Shown: positions 45,013 to 54,845, numbered from the stretch's first letter. The stretch: DNA of 64,000 bases from an uncultured Verrucomicrobiae bacterium (GCA_963834385.1 CAWIBO010000001.1:96001-160000); one strand, 5' to 3'. Numbers and translations: made by a program. Notes: generated from the sequence alone by a model not told the origin.

Positions 45013-47510
45013 GGAAGCGACGCGGCTTTGCCGTGATCCTTCTGATCGCGGGCTTCTGCGGCTGCTCCCTGTTCGCCCAGGAAGTGCGGCGGGCCCTGCC
45101 GGTGGAAGAACCGCCAACCGCTCGCGCCGTTCCCTTCGATAAACCAACCCCGTCACCCACGGCGGCTCCGCGCCCCTCCGCGACCCCCGCCGCCACCTCC
45201 ACGCCGGCCGGTGCGCCGCCCGAAACCACCCCTGCTCCGGTCGCGCCGGAGACAGAGACCCCGGATGTGCGCCAGCTGAATTACGCGAACGCTTTTTTTG
45301 CGCGCAAGCTTTTCGATCTCGCCATCCCGGAATATGAAAAATTCCTCGGGCAATTCCCAGGCGCACCCGGGCGCGCCGGCGCCTACTTCTTCCTCGGTGA
45401 ATGTTACCGTGCCCTGGGCCGCACGCCCGCGGCCCGCTCCAGCTTTCAAAGCGTGATCGACGAGTATCCCGAGAGCGAATTTGCCGGGCCGGCCGCCTAC
45501 GGCGTGGCCGAAATCGAGTTCAAGGAGAAGGACTTCAAAAACGCGCTGCCGCTCTTTCATCGCGCCGCCGAGAAAACCAAGGAAGCCGGCCTCGCCCTTT
45601 CCGCCCGTTATTTTGAGGCGCGCTGCCTGGAAAGTCTCGGTCGCAAGGATGACGCGCGCGAGATCTACGTCCAGGTCGCCGGGGTCAAGGATCCCAACCC
45701 GTTTCGCGACGATGCCCGGACCGCGGCGGGCACCCTTTTCCTGGCCAGGGGGAGGAAATTGGAGGCCTTCAAGCAATTCGAAGCGCTCGCCGGCGAAACC
45801 TCCAAGCCGGGTCTCAAGGCCGAGGCCGCGATCCGCGCCGGACTTCTCGCGGCCGAACTGCAGGGCACCGAGAAAAGTTCGACCGACCAGGGCATGATCG
45901 ACCGCGCCATCAGCCTTCTTCAGAAGGGAAAGGCCGGCGCGGAAACACCCAAGTGGCGCTCCCTCGCGGCCGTGGGTCTCCTGCGTCTCTACTACCAGTC
46001 CGGGCGTTCCCAGCAGGTCATCGCCGAGTTCAAGAAAAGCCAGGCTGATCTGCCGGAGGAGATCAAGCCGGAGCTGATGCTTCTCGTGGCCAATAGCCAC
46101 CGGCAATTGAACCAGACGGAGGCGGCGGAGGAACTATATCGCCAGATCAGCGCAAAATACCCGGATCGCGAGGAGGCGAAAGACGCGCAATACCAGCGGC
46201 TGATCAATCTCTACAGTTCCGGCTCGAAGGACCTGGAAAAGGAGATCGACGCCTTTCTCGCCACCAACCCGGAGGGAGAGCGGGGTGACCAGGCGCGGCT
46301 CCTGAAAGCGGAAGCCCTTTACCAGCAGGGGCAGTTGGCCGAGGCGATTCCGCTTTATCGCCAGGTCCGGGAAAGCCAGCTCGCGCCGAAACTGCGGGCC
46401 GAGGCCGCCCTCAAGCTCGCTTCAGCGCATGCCCAGGCCCGGAACAGCGAAGGCGTTAATGAGGCCCTGACTTTCTTCCTCGAGACTTTCCCCGACCATG
46501 CCCAGACGCCGGCTGTTCTGACCCAGCGCGCGATGGCCCGGCAGGAACTGAAAAATTACGACGAGGCCCTGGCGGATCTCAATCTTCTCCTCCAGAAATA
46601 TCCCAAGGCCTCCCAGCGCGAAGGGGCGCTGCAGCAAAAAGCCCTGCTTCTCGGTCAGCAGGAGAAAAACCGGGAGATGGCCGGGACCTTTCAGCAGCTC
46701 CTGAAAGAGTTCCCCAAGACCTCCGTTGCCGCCCAGGCCAATTATTTCATCGGAAAAACCTCGCTCGAGGAGAAGAACTACAAGCAGGCCATCCGCCCGC
46801 TGAATGCCGCGCGCACGATCGATCGCGCACAATATTACGATCTCGCCACGGTCCGGATCATCTCCTCGCATTTCTACCTGCGGGATCGCAACGCCCTCGT
46901 GAGCGAGATCGACCAATACCTCGCGAGCGATCCCGGCGCGCCGGTCCCCGCCGAGATCCTGGAATGGCTTGGGCTCGACTTTTACAACGAGAAGAAATTT
47001 GCCCTGGTCGACAAGTATCTGACCGCGCTGAGCCGGCTCGAGAATACCTCCGGAGTGAAACCCGATTTCTGGTTTTATCTCGGCGACGCGCGCAACCGCC
47101 TGAATAATTTCGCCGGAGCCGAGGAAGCGTTCCAGCAGTATCTCACCACCGCGACCGATCCGGCGGGACGGGCCAAGGTTCTGCTGGCACTGGGAGAGGC
47201 CAAACTGAAAGCGAGCAAACCGGAGGAGGCCCAACGCGTGGCGGAGGAGATCATGTCGTTGCAGCCGGAAGGCCGCGTCAACGCCGAGGCCAGGCTTCTT
47301 CTCGGGGATGTGCAGATGCAGCGAGAGGAATTCGAGGCGGCCGGAAAGGCTTTCATGAGTGTGGCCCTGCTCCATGACGACCCGGAGATCACGCCGCGCG
47401 CCCTCGCCCGCGCCGCCGCGGCTTACACCAGGGCGGGACAGACGGAAGAAGCGGAACGCATCACCAAACAACTGCGCGAACGCTATCCCGAATTCGCCGG
47501 GGGATCGTAG
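45009..47510 (+). CDS. Large exported TPR-repeat protein (BamD/CpoB-like repeats)
   Basis: Signal peptide, Pro/Thr-rich linker and many repeats ending 'YP/FP'; ATGA overlap with the ExbD gene. Confidence 0.87.
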   Translation: MRKRRGFAVILLIAGFCGCSLFAQEVRRALPVEEPPTARAVPFDKPTPSPTAAPRPSATPAATSTPAGAPPETTPAPVAPETETPDVRQLNYANAFFARKLFDLAIPEYEKFLGQFPGAPGRAGAYFFLGECYRALGRTPAARSSFQSVIDEYPESEFAGPAAYGVAEIEFKEKDFKNALPLFHRAAEKTKEAGLALSARYFEARCLESLGRKDDAREIYVQVAGVKDPNPFRDDARTAAGTLFLARGRKLEAFKQFEALAGETSKPGLKAEAAIRAGLLAAELQGTEKSSTDQGMIDRAISLLQKGKAGAETPKWRSLAAVGLLRLYYQSGRSQQVIAEFKKSQADLPEEIKPELMLLVANSHRQLNQTEAAEELYRQISAKYPDREEAKDAQYQRLINLYSSGSKDLEKEIDAFLATNPEGERGDQARLLKAEALYQQGQLAEAIPLYRQVRESQLAPKLRAEAALKLASAHAQARNSEGVNEALTFFLETFPDHAQTPAVLTQRAMARQELKNYDEALADLNLLLQKYPKASQREGALQQKALLLGQQEKNREMAGTFQQLLKEFPKTSVAAQANYFIGKTSLEEKNYKQAIRPLNAARTIDRAQYYDLATVRIISSHFYLRDRNALVSEIDQYLASDPGAPVPAEILEWLGLDFYNEKKFALVDKYLTALSRLENTSGVKPDFWFYLGDARNRLNNFAGAEEAFQQYLTTATDPAGRAKVLLALGEAKLKASKPEEAQRVAEEIMSLQPEGRVNAEARLLLGDVQMQREEFEAAGKAFMSVALLHDDPEITPRALARAAAAYTRAGQTEEAERITKQLRERYPEFAGGS

Positions 47511-47529
47511 CCCGCCGGATCCGCCGCCC

Positions 47530-48048
47530 TCAGGCGAGCAGCAGGATCTCCACGGGCAACGGGTCCAGGAATTCCCGTTCATCTCCCGACCTGCCGCACG
47601 GGCGAAGCACGCTGGGCGGCCAGAAAACTCAAATCGGGTGTCCGGGCCACGCCGGCCCGGGTGCGCAGCCCAAGTTCTTCGAGCCGGGCCATGACGCCGG
47701 GCACTTTTCCGCTTCCTTCGCCCGGGCCAGTTCCAGCGTGCACACGCCCGGGGCGGTTGATTCAACAAAAGGCGAAAGCATAAAGGCATGCTGCACGAGG
47801 ATCTCCTGCAGGATGGTTTCCGCCGTCCGATCGCGCGTGCGCAGCAGAAGTCCGGGGCACCGGGCCAGCGCCTGAGTGGCGCTTGTCCCTTTTTCCAGGC
47901 CGTAACAGCGGGCGGCCTCGTTGGTCTCGAGCAGAAACGCCTTCCGCTCCTCATCATCCAGGAGGGCGACCGGTTCAGTTTCCCGCGCCGGCGCGTGCCG
48001 CAGCACCGCCTGCAGAAAAAACTGCGGCAGTAAAAGAGTGGCAAACAT
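47530..48048 (-). CDS. imuB: Short ImuB-like Y-family polymerase fragment, ~172 aa (two compensating frameshifts, ~47704 and ~47583)
   Basis: MFATLLLPQFFLQAVLR..PVALLD..NEAAR..QALARCP..LSPFVEST; shifted frames give RAGVARTPDLSFLAA and FLDPLPVEILLLA-stop. Start overlaps the imuA stop (TGATG). Could be a pseudogene. Confidence 0.7.
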
Positions 48049-48689
48049 CAACCGGCTCCCGCGAGGTCCAGGCCCGTCTGCTGGGCCCGGCGTGTTTCAA
48101 ACGGCAGTCGGGAGAGATCAGCGCCCTGCTCGACTTCCTCCAGCGTCCATTCCTGCTGCAGGATCAGTTTCAACTGCGCGCTGCCCACCATGCTCCGGCG
48201 GGAGCACACCAGGAAAACCGTGGGCCATGATTCCACCAGCCGCTGCAGCCGGTACCAGGTGGTCTGCGGAACCCGCTGCAGTTCATTCCTCTCGTTCAGG
48301 ATGAGGTCGAGCAAAACCAGCGGAAAATTTCCGTCCCTTAACAAAAGATCGGCCGCCTTCATTGCCTCCGGAACCGTCCGGCAACGCACCCAAAGCAAAT
48401 GCGGCAGAGCCGCCGTAAGCGCCATGTCCGGCGCAAAGGAATCACTCCCGTCGATCAGGGCCAGGAAAGAGGCTTCCCGGTGAACTTGCCGCAGGAAAAA
48501 ATGCAGGAGGGAAGCGCTTCCACTGCCTGGAGTGATGAGCTCGGTAATGGCGCCCCGGGGAAGACCGCCGCCGGCGGCCTCGTTCAGCGCGGGTAAATCG
48601 GTCGGCCACTGGCTGCCGGCCGCCGGGGCCGGATGAGGAAACTTCTCGGCCAGAAGCTGGCGCAGATCGATGATCTTGCGGGCGGGCAT
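48048..48689 (-). CDS. imuA: ImuA-like RecA-fold protein
   Basis: GGGLPRGAITEL with degenerate Walker A, ALIDGSDSFAP, LLWVRC, ADLLLRDGNFPLVLLDL; LexA box upstream. Confidence 0.85.
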   Translation of the reverse strand: MPARKIIDLRQLLAEKFPHPAPAAGSQWPTDLPALNEAAGGGLPRGAITELITPGSGSASLLHFFLRQVHREASFLALIDGSDSFAPDMALTAALPHLLWVRCRTVPEAMKAADLLLRDGNFPLVLLDLILNERNELQRVPQTTWYRLQRLVESWPTVFLVCSRRSMVGSAQLKLILQQEWTLEEVEQGADLSRLPFETRRAQQTGLDLAGAG

Positions 48690-48717
48690 GAGCAGATCAT
48701 GCCACCTCCCGCGCGTA

Positions 48718-48731
48718 TGTTCAAATGAACA
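48718..48731. promoter_or_regulatory. LexA (SOS) box upstream of imuA
   Basis: Perfect TGTTC-AAAT-GAACA; arms extend to TATGTTC-N4-GAACATA (48716-48733). Confidence 0.9.
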
Positions 48732-48735
48732 TATA

Positions 48736-49563
48736 CTATTCTTTGATCTCTACGCTTTTCTCTCCCGCCCGCAGTTTGGTGCCCGTTTCGTTTGCGCCCC
48801 GCTTCACAAAGCCGAGTCCGGTTTCCCCGTCGGCCGCCACGCTCGTCACCCAGCCCACTTCCCGTGCCGGCTCCCCGCTCCAGAGCTTTTCGCCCGGGCT
48901 CAGCTTCGTCCCCGATCCCACCGCCAGCCGGCAAAGCCGCTTGTTTTTCTGGCCCGACATTTTCATGCGGGAGATGATCTCCTGGCCGATATAACAACCC
49001 TTGCCGTAGCTGACGCAGCGTTCCTCCATGTTCGCTTCCACCGGGATGATCTCGGGACCCAACTCCTTCCCCCAGCACGGCAGACCGGCCTTGATCCGTT
49101 CCTCCTCAAATTCCCTGCCTGTTTTGATCCCGGCCTCCCCGGCCAATTGCGCGCGCAAGGCATCCTCTTCCCCCCGTGGAACCCAAAGATCAGACCCCTC
49201 TTGGAGAAGCCGGCGCGCCGAGAGCGCAGGATGATCTCCCGGCGGCGCGAGCCCGATCAGGTGGAAAAGGGCAAACTCCTCCGTTACCTCCGCCAGCAAA
49301 ACGTCATCGGCGATGATGTAGCGATCCAGGCGGGCCGGCAGCAGCTCGCGCAGCGCTCGCTCCGCATCAAGCAGGAAAGATTCGCCCTCGCGCCGGACAA
49401 AGAAATGTCCTTCCGTCTTTCCCCGGGCATTCAGCACGCAGGCTTCCACCACCCGGCCCGATTCCGGCAGCGCGTTCGTCATCTGCCCGTTGAGAAAACG
49501 GGCCGCATCTCCGCCCGACAGCCGGAACTTGGCGCGGTCGCTCAGGTCGAAAGCCACCTTCAT
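48736..49563 (-). CDS. ygfZ: YgfZ/GcvT-like folate-binding protein
   Basis: GGDAARFLNGQMTN and signature KGCYIGQE. Confidence 0.9.
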   Translation of the reverse strand: MKVAFDLSDRAKFRLSGGDAARFLNGQMTNALPESGRVVEACVLNARGKTEGHFFVRREGESFLLDAERALRELLPARLDRYIIADDVLLAEVTEEFALFHLIGLAPPGDHPALSARRLLQEGSDLWVPRGEEDALRAQLAGEAGIKTGREFEEERIKAGLPCWGKELGPEIIPVEANMEERCVSYGKGCYIGQEIISRMKMSGQKNKRLCRLAVGSGTKLSPGEKLWSGEPAREVGWVTSVAADGETGLGFVKRGANETGTKLRAGEKSVEIKE

Positions 49564-49576
49564 GAGGGAAGGTGCC

Positions 49577-50749
49577 CTATCCGCGCGGTCTTCGCTTCAG
49601 GAACCGGCTGAAAAAATTCTCTTCCGGCGGGACGGTCTCCAGCGTCTCGGGAGCCGGCGGTGCGGACGCGTCCGGATTTTGCTCCGGTTCCGGCAGTTCG
49701 AGGACGGGCAGGGGTTGCGCTTCCTCCTCGTTTGCGCCGGGAAGCGCGCCCGCCGAAGCCGGACTTTCCTCTTCTGCCGGGCGATCCGGCTCCGGGGCGC
49801 CGGGAGGCGGCGCCGACTCTTCAGGTTTCGCTTCCTCGGCCCCGAAAGGAAGCTCGGCCTCGGTCAAGGCCTCCGGCTCCGTCGCCGGCACAGGCATTCC
49901 CTCGGGAAAAAGTCGTCGCGCAATGGCCGCGTAATCATCATTAGCGAAACCCCGTTTTGCCTCTTCGGCCAGCGCTTCCTCCGCCTTGGCGGTCAGGTCG
50001 AGCTTTTGGTCTGAGACGCGGGCCAGCCGTTCGGCCAGGCGCAGATCCTTGAGCATGTGTTTGATCGAGAAATGCGGCTCAAAATCCCCCGCGATCACCT
50101 TGGGCAGCTTGAGGGAGAGCGTGCCGGAGTTGCTGGCGTTACTTTCCAGCGCGCGCAGGAAAACTTCCGGGGCCATCCCGGCGCCGGTGACAAGCGAGAG
50201 TCCCTCAATGGCGGCCTGGACGCTCACCGCCGTGATGATGTTGGTGGCGATCTTGATCGTGCTGGCATCGCCGACGCGGCCCACCGGCACGATCTCCTTG
50301 CTGCTCGCCTGCAGGACGTGGCTGACGTCTCGCAGCGCTCCCTCGTCGCCACCGATGTAATAAATCAGTTCCCCATTCTGCGCGGCCAGTTTGCTGCCCG
50401 TGAAGGGCGCATCGAGAAACCGGGCGCCGCGGCGGTGCACAACCTCCGCTCCCTCCCGCATCGTTTCCGGCGCCACGGTGCTGTGCGCGAGAACAACATG
50501 GTGCGAGGTCAGGGCGGGCGCGATCTGCCTCAGGCAGCTCCGGAGCGCGTCATCATCCGAGACAAAGATCTGGATGACATCGCACAGCTCACCCACCTCG
50601 CGCGGTGTTCCGACAAAATTCGGGACCGGTTTCGGTGTGCGATTCCAGACAAAGACGCGGAATTGGCGGCGGCGCAGGTTATCCACCACGCGCTGGCCAA
50701 TGATGCCCAGCCCCACGATCCCCACGGCTTTTCTGTTGCGACGCGTCAC
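49577..50749 (-). CDS. NAD(P)-dependent beta-hydroxyacid dehydrogenase family protein with Pro/Glu-rich tail
   Basis: VGLGIIG, WNRT, HSTVAP, FLDAPFTGS, KIATN, FSIKHMLKDL; GTG start inferred. Confidence 0.86.
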   Translation of the reverse strand: MTRRNRKAVGIVGLGIIGQRVVDNLRRRQFRVFVWNRTPKPVPNFVGTPREVGELCDVIQIFVSDDDALRSCLRQIAPALTSHHVVLAHSTVAPETMREGAEVVHRRGARFLDAPFTGSKLAAQNGELIYYIGGDEGALRDVSHVLQASSKEIVPVGRVGDASTIKIATNIITAVSVQAAIEGLSLVTGAGMAPEVFLRALESNASNSGTLSLKLPKVIAGDFEPHFSIKHMLKDLRLAERLARVSDQKLDLTAKAEEALAEEAKRGFANDDYAAIARRLFPEGMPVPATEPEALTEAELPFGAEEAKPEESAPPPGAPEPDRPAEEESPASAGALPGANEEEAQPLPVLELPEPEQNPDASAPPAPETLETVPPEENFFSRFLKRRPRG

Positions 50750-50861
50750 GTTTTTTTTCGGGCCGGCGATTAAACGCGGCTCCTGCGCTGAAATTGAGGC
50801 AAAACAGATTCGACGCAATGCCGAACTTGCGCACCAACCGGGCAGCCGGTGCGCGGCACCG

Positions 50862-51800
50862 TCAAGGGTTCGGCCACTTTGCCGGCTCCGCCACGATCTC
50901 CCGCCGCCGCAGGTTCTCCAAAATCGAGGCGATTTCCGGCCGCGCTTCCTCAAAGCTCAGGGTGCGCGGCGGCAACACCTCCGTAACGAGCACAAAGTGG
51001 TAGCCCAGCCGGGTTCGGAGCGGCGGGCTGAGGCGGCCAGGCTCGAGTTTCGCCACGTTCGCGATGAAATCGGGCGGCATCCGGGCGGCAGAAAACCAGC
51101 CCAGATCCCCGCCATTTCCGCGAGTCGCTTCGTCCTCGGAAACTTCCAGCACCAGCGCGGCAAATTCTTCGCCCTCGGCGAGGCGACGAGCGGTCTCCTC
51201 GACCAGCTCCTCTTTTGTGCGGGCCACCTCCTCGGGCGTCCCGGGCGGGACGGCAACAAAGAGATGCCGGGCCTTCCATCGCGCCGGCAGCGCAAAATCC
51301 GCCGGGTGCGAGTCGAAGTATTCTCGCAGCGCCGTCTCCGAAGGCGCAGGGGCACGCGCGATGTGCTCCTCGAACCCTTGCTGCGCAGCGAGATGGGTTG
51401 CCAGCTCCTGCTCCCACTCCCTTTGGCTGATCTCGGCGGCTGCCAGCGTTTCTTCCCAGCCCGGGCCGGTTCCGCCCTGGCTCCGGAGGTCGCGGGCCAG
51501 TTCCGCCACCCGGGCCGGCGGCACGACCACGTCTGGCAATTGTTTCTGTGCCCTTCGCTCCTTCAGAATCTGCCGGGCCACGGAGCCCGGATCCGGCGCA
51601 ATGGAGACCCCCGCGTGCGCCAGCGCTTCCCTCGCGCGGTTCACCTCACTCTCCCGCACTGTCAAGCCATCGGCCGCCAGCACCACGGGATCACGCAACA
51701 GCCAGCCCGGGAGGAAAGGAACCAGATCAACCAGAAACCAGCCGAGAAAGGCGCCAGCCCCGAGGGTCAGGCCAAAGAAGAAAATGCGCAGCAGTTTCAT
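50862..51800 (-). CDS. Parvulin/PpiC-type peptidyl-prolyl isomerase
   Basis: ARHLFV, FAALVLEVSED, GGDLGWF, TRLGYH; N-terminal TM. Confidence 0.88.
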   Translation of the reverse strand: MKLLRIFFFGLTLGAGAFLGWFLVDLVPFLPGWLLRDPVVLAADGLTVRESEVNRAREALAHAGVSIAPDPGSVARQILKERRAQKQLPDVVVPPARVAELARDLRSQGGTGPGWEETLAAAEISQREWEQELATHLAAQQGFEEHIARAPAPSETALREYFDSHPADFALPARWKARHLFVAVPPGTPEEVARTKEELVEETARRLAEGEEFAALVLEVSEDEATRGNGGDLGWFSAARMPPDFIANVAKLEPGRLSPPLRTRLGYHFVLVTEVLPPRTLSFEEARPEIASILENLRRREIVAEPAKWPNP

Positions 51801-52717
51801 TTAAAGGCGGAGTGCTCCAGAAAATAAAGCGTGACGCGCGCGACCAGGGCGAGGCTTTCCGGACTGATCTGGTCCAGCGTGTCGTCCGCCGTGTGCCAGG
51901 CGGCGTACTCAAAATCGATCAGATTGATGGCCGGGATTCCCACACGGTTCAGCGGGACATGGTCATCGAGGATCGGCGAAGAAAAATAGGTGAAATGATC
52001 GCGCACCCCCAGCGCCTCGGCGGCGGCAAATATCCCCGCGGCCAGGGCCGGGGGCGAATCAGGGCTCAGGGTGATCCGGAGGGACCGGTCGCCCATCATG
52101 TCGAGAAGAATGGCTCCCCGGTAGCGCGCGGCGGCGTTGCGCGAAGCCAGCTCGGCCGCGAAATGGCGGCTCCCGTAAAGCCCGTCCGCTTCACTGAACT
52201 CCACCTGGGCTTCCTCCCCGTCGAAAAAGACCAGGTCCACCCGGCGGGCCAGGTCGGGCCGGCCGGCAAGGACCCGGGCCAGCTCGAGCAGCGTGCCCGT
52301 GCTCGATCCGCTGTCGTTTGCGCCGACAAAAACGATGTCGTCGAAGACCTTGGTGTCATAGTGCGAACAGAGGAGGAACCGGTCGTTCGCCGGTTCTTCG
52401 GCGGCCGGGCCATGGCGGGCGATCAGGTTGACGAACGTGACCGGGCCGCGCGGCGTCTCCGCGACAAAACTTTGCCGGGTAACGTTCCAGCCCGCCTCGC
52501 GCAGCGTGGTTTCGAGATAGACCCGGGCTTTCTCGATGGCCTCGGAGGCCGGGGGACGGGGACCGAGTTCGACCAGCTCGCGCACATGCGCGAAGGCCTT
52601 CTCGCCGGAGAAGTCGCGCCAAAGTTCAGGAGACGTTTTCGAAGAGGAATCACAGCCCGGCATGAGAAGAAGGAGTGCACAACCGCCGATGCCATGGCGC
52701 AGAAGCCGGCCCGCCAT
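51797..52717 (-). CDS. M28 family peptidase/glutaminyl cyclase-like lipoprotein
   Basis: SHYDTK, GANDSGS, FFDGEE, LLDMMG, DDHVP, WHTADD; lipobox-like MPGC. Confidence 0.88.
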   Translation of the reverse strand: MAGRLLRHGIGGCALLLLMPGCDSSSKTSPELWRDFSGEKAFAHVRELVELGPRPPASEAIEKARVYLETTLREAGWNVTRQSFVAETPRGPVTFVNLIARHGPAAEEPANDRFLLCSHYDTKVFDDIVFVGANDSGSSTGTLLELARVLAGRPDLARRVDLVFFDGEEAQVEFSEADGLYGSRHFAAELASRNAAARYRGAILLDMMGDRSLRITLSPDSPPALAAGIFAAAEALGVRDHFTYFSSPILDDHVPLNRVGIPAINLIDFEYAAWHTADDTLDQISPESLALVARVTLYFLEHSAFK

Positions 52718-52722
52718 GATGC

Positions 52723-53613
52723 TCAGGTGTCGCTCGCAGGCAGGCGGAGCAGCGAGAGAATCCGCTGCAGATCATCCGCGCTGTAAAACTCAATCTCGAT
52801 GCGTCCGCGTTTCCCGCTTTGCTGGAGCGAAACGCGCGTCCCGAGGTGATGTTGCAACCGTTCCTGCAAATCCTGCAGGTGAGGCGCACCGTTGCGGCCG
52901 GCGCTGCCCGAGCGGCGCCGCGTCCGACCCGGACCCGCCTGACGGGCCACGAGCTTCTCCGTGGCCCGCACGGTGGCGCTTCGCCGCAAAACGGTCTCGG
53001 CCACGCGCAGTTGTTCCTCCGCCGACTTGAGGCCGAGGAGAACCTTGGCGTGGCCGACCGAAAGAAGATCCTGCATGACCCAGCCCTGCACCTGCGGAGG
53101 CAGGTCAAGCAGGCGCATGGCATTCGCCACCGAGGCGCGGCTTCGTCCCACCTTCTGGGCAATGTCTTCCTGCCGAAGACCGAACTCGAGCGCGAGACGC
53201 TGGTAAGCCTGCGCTTCCTCGATCGGATTGAGGTCGGCGCGCTGAATATTCTCGATCAGCGACAGCTCGAGCACATCGCGGTCGTTGGCGCGCCGGATGA
53301 TCACCGGGACATCCGCCAGCCCGAGTTCCTGCGCGGCCCGCCAGCGGCGTTCGCCCGCGATCAATTCCAGGCGCCCGGCCGTTTCGCGGACAATCAGCGG
53401 TTGAATGATCCCGTGTTCCCGGATGGAATCGACCAGTTCGCGCAGAGCGTCGGCTTCAAATTCCTTGCGCGGCTGCAGAGGGCTGGGGGTGACCTCCGCC
53501 AGGGCCACGCGGTGAACTGCCTCTCCAGGACGGGTCTCCCCCTCCGGCCGCGCCGTGCCCGGGCGGGTCCCAATCAGGGCACCGAGACCTTTGCCGAGCG
53601 CGGATTTTGCCAT
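52723..53613 (-). CDS. parB: Chromosome partitioning protein ParB/Spo0J
   Basis: ALGKGLGALI, QPRKEF, LIAGERRWRA, ENIQRADLNPIEEA, LSVGHAK. Confidence 0.96.
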   Translation of the reverse strand: MAKSALGKGLGALIGTRPGTARPEGETRPGEAVHRVALAEVTPSPLQPRKEFEADALRELVDSIREHGIIQPLIVRETAGRLELIAGERRWRAAQELGLADVPVIIRRANDRDVLELSLIENIQRADLNPIEEAQAYQRLALEFGLRQEDIAQKVGRSRASVANAMRLLDLPPQVQGWVMQDLLSVGHAKVLLGLKSAEEQLRVAETVLRRSATVRATEKLVARQAGPGRTRRRSGSAGRNGAPHLQDLQERLQHHLGTRVSLQQSGKRGRIEIEFYSADDLQRILSLLRLPASDT

Positions 53614-53702
53614 GAAAGGGAAGGTTATGGGATGGGCCGGGCCGATGCAAACCGCATCCGCGCGCCGGTTGCGAAGAAAGCGCCCGGCCACTAGCGTGCG
53701 CG

Positions 53703-54569
53703 GTGTCGCTCCCGGACGTCTTTACTCTTGGCCATTCACCGGACCCGGATGATGCCTTCATGTTCTACGCCATGGCGGAAAACAAAATCGATCTGCGCGG
53801 CTACCGCTTCGAGCATCGCCTGGAGGATATCCAAACCTTGAACGAAAGGGCCAGGCGCGGCGAACTGCATCTTTCCGCCATCTCCATCCACGCCTATGCC
53901 TTTGTCGACGATCTTTACGCCATGCTCCCCTGCGGGGCCAGCATGGGCGATGGCTACGGTCCGATGCTGGTGGCGAAGACCGGTTCCCCTCTGGCCGGGG
54001 CGAAAACGGCCGATCTCCGCCAGGTCCTGGGAGGCCGGACCATCGCGGTGCCGGGCCGGATGACGAGCGCGTTCCTCGCCCTGCAGCTTTACCTCGGCGA
54101 ATTCGAGCATGTGGTCGTGCCGTTCGACCAGATTTTTGGCGCGGTGGAGGAGGGCCGCGTCGAGGCCGGCCTGATCATCCATGAAGGGCAGCTCACCTAT
54201 GCCCGGGCCGGTTTTACCAAACTCCTCGACCTTGGGGAATGGTGGAAGAACGAAACCGGCCTGCCGTTGCCGCTCGGCGGGAATGTGGTCCGAAAGGATC
54301 TGCCCCCCGAAGTGCGGCACGACCTTTCGGAGATCATGCGCGAGAGCATCGCCTATGGCCTGGCCAACCGGGCGGAGGCGGTGCGGCATTCCCTGCCCTA
54401 CGCCCGCGAGATGGAGGCGGATCTGGCCGACAAATTTATCGGTATGTACGTGAACGATTACACGCTGGCTTACGGCGAAACCGGCCGCGAGGCGATCCGC
54501 CGATTTTTGGCCCTGGCCCACGAGCGCGGCTTTCTCCGGCGCGCTCCCGCGGTCGAGTTCGTCCCCTGA
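53703..54569 (+). CDS. mqnD: MqnD-like menaquinone (futalosine pathway) protein
   Basis: HSPDPDDAFMF, DIQTLN, IIHEGQLTY, LPLPLG, FIGMYVN. Confidence 0.87.
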   Translation: MSLPDVFTLGHSPDPDDAFMFYAMAENKIDLRGYRFEHRLEDIQTLNERARRGELHLSAISIHAYAFVDDLYAMLPCGASMGDGYGPMLVAKTGSPLAGAKTADLRQVLGGRTIAVPGRMTSAFLALQLYLGEFEHVVVPFDQIFGAVEEGRVEAGLIIHEGQLTYARAGFTKLLDLGEWWKNETGLPLPLGGNVVRKDLPPEVRHDLSEIMRESIAYGLANRAEAVRHSLPYAREMEADLADKFIGMYVNDYTLAYGETGREAIRRFLALAHERGFLRRAPAVEFVP

Positions 54570-54573
54570 ACGG

Positions 54574-54756
54574 CTATTTCTTTGGCGCTTCCTTCGCGGG
54601 CGGTTGGACCGCCTTCTCCACGAAGCTGCGGGCGCGCTGGAACTCTTTTTTGAACCCCTGCGAGAAGTCGTCGGTCCCGTACTCAAACAGGACCACGAAG
54701 CAAAAGGTAAAGAAAGCGAAGAGGAGGAGCCAGAAGAGTCCCCGCAGGAGCGACAT
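54574..54756 (-). CDS. Small single-TM hypothetical protein
   Basis: MSLLRGLFWLLLFAFFTFCFVVLFEYG...; fills the gap between mqnD and the aminotransferase. Confidence 0.62.
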   Translation of the reverse strand: MSLLRGLFWLLLFAFFTFCFVVLFEYGTDDFSQGFKKEFQRARSFVEKAVQPPAKEAPKK

Positions 54757-54845
54757 GGCACCCATGCTAAGTGACGCGCCGGGCGCGGTCAACGTCCCAT
54801 CGATTCCCGATTGCTGACCGCCCTGAAGCTGCCATTCTTCGGGCA

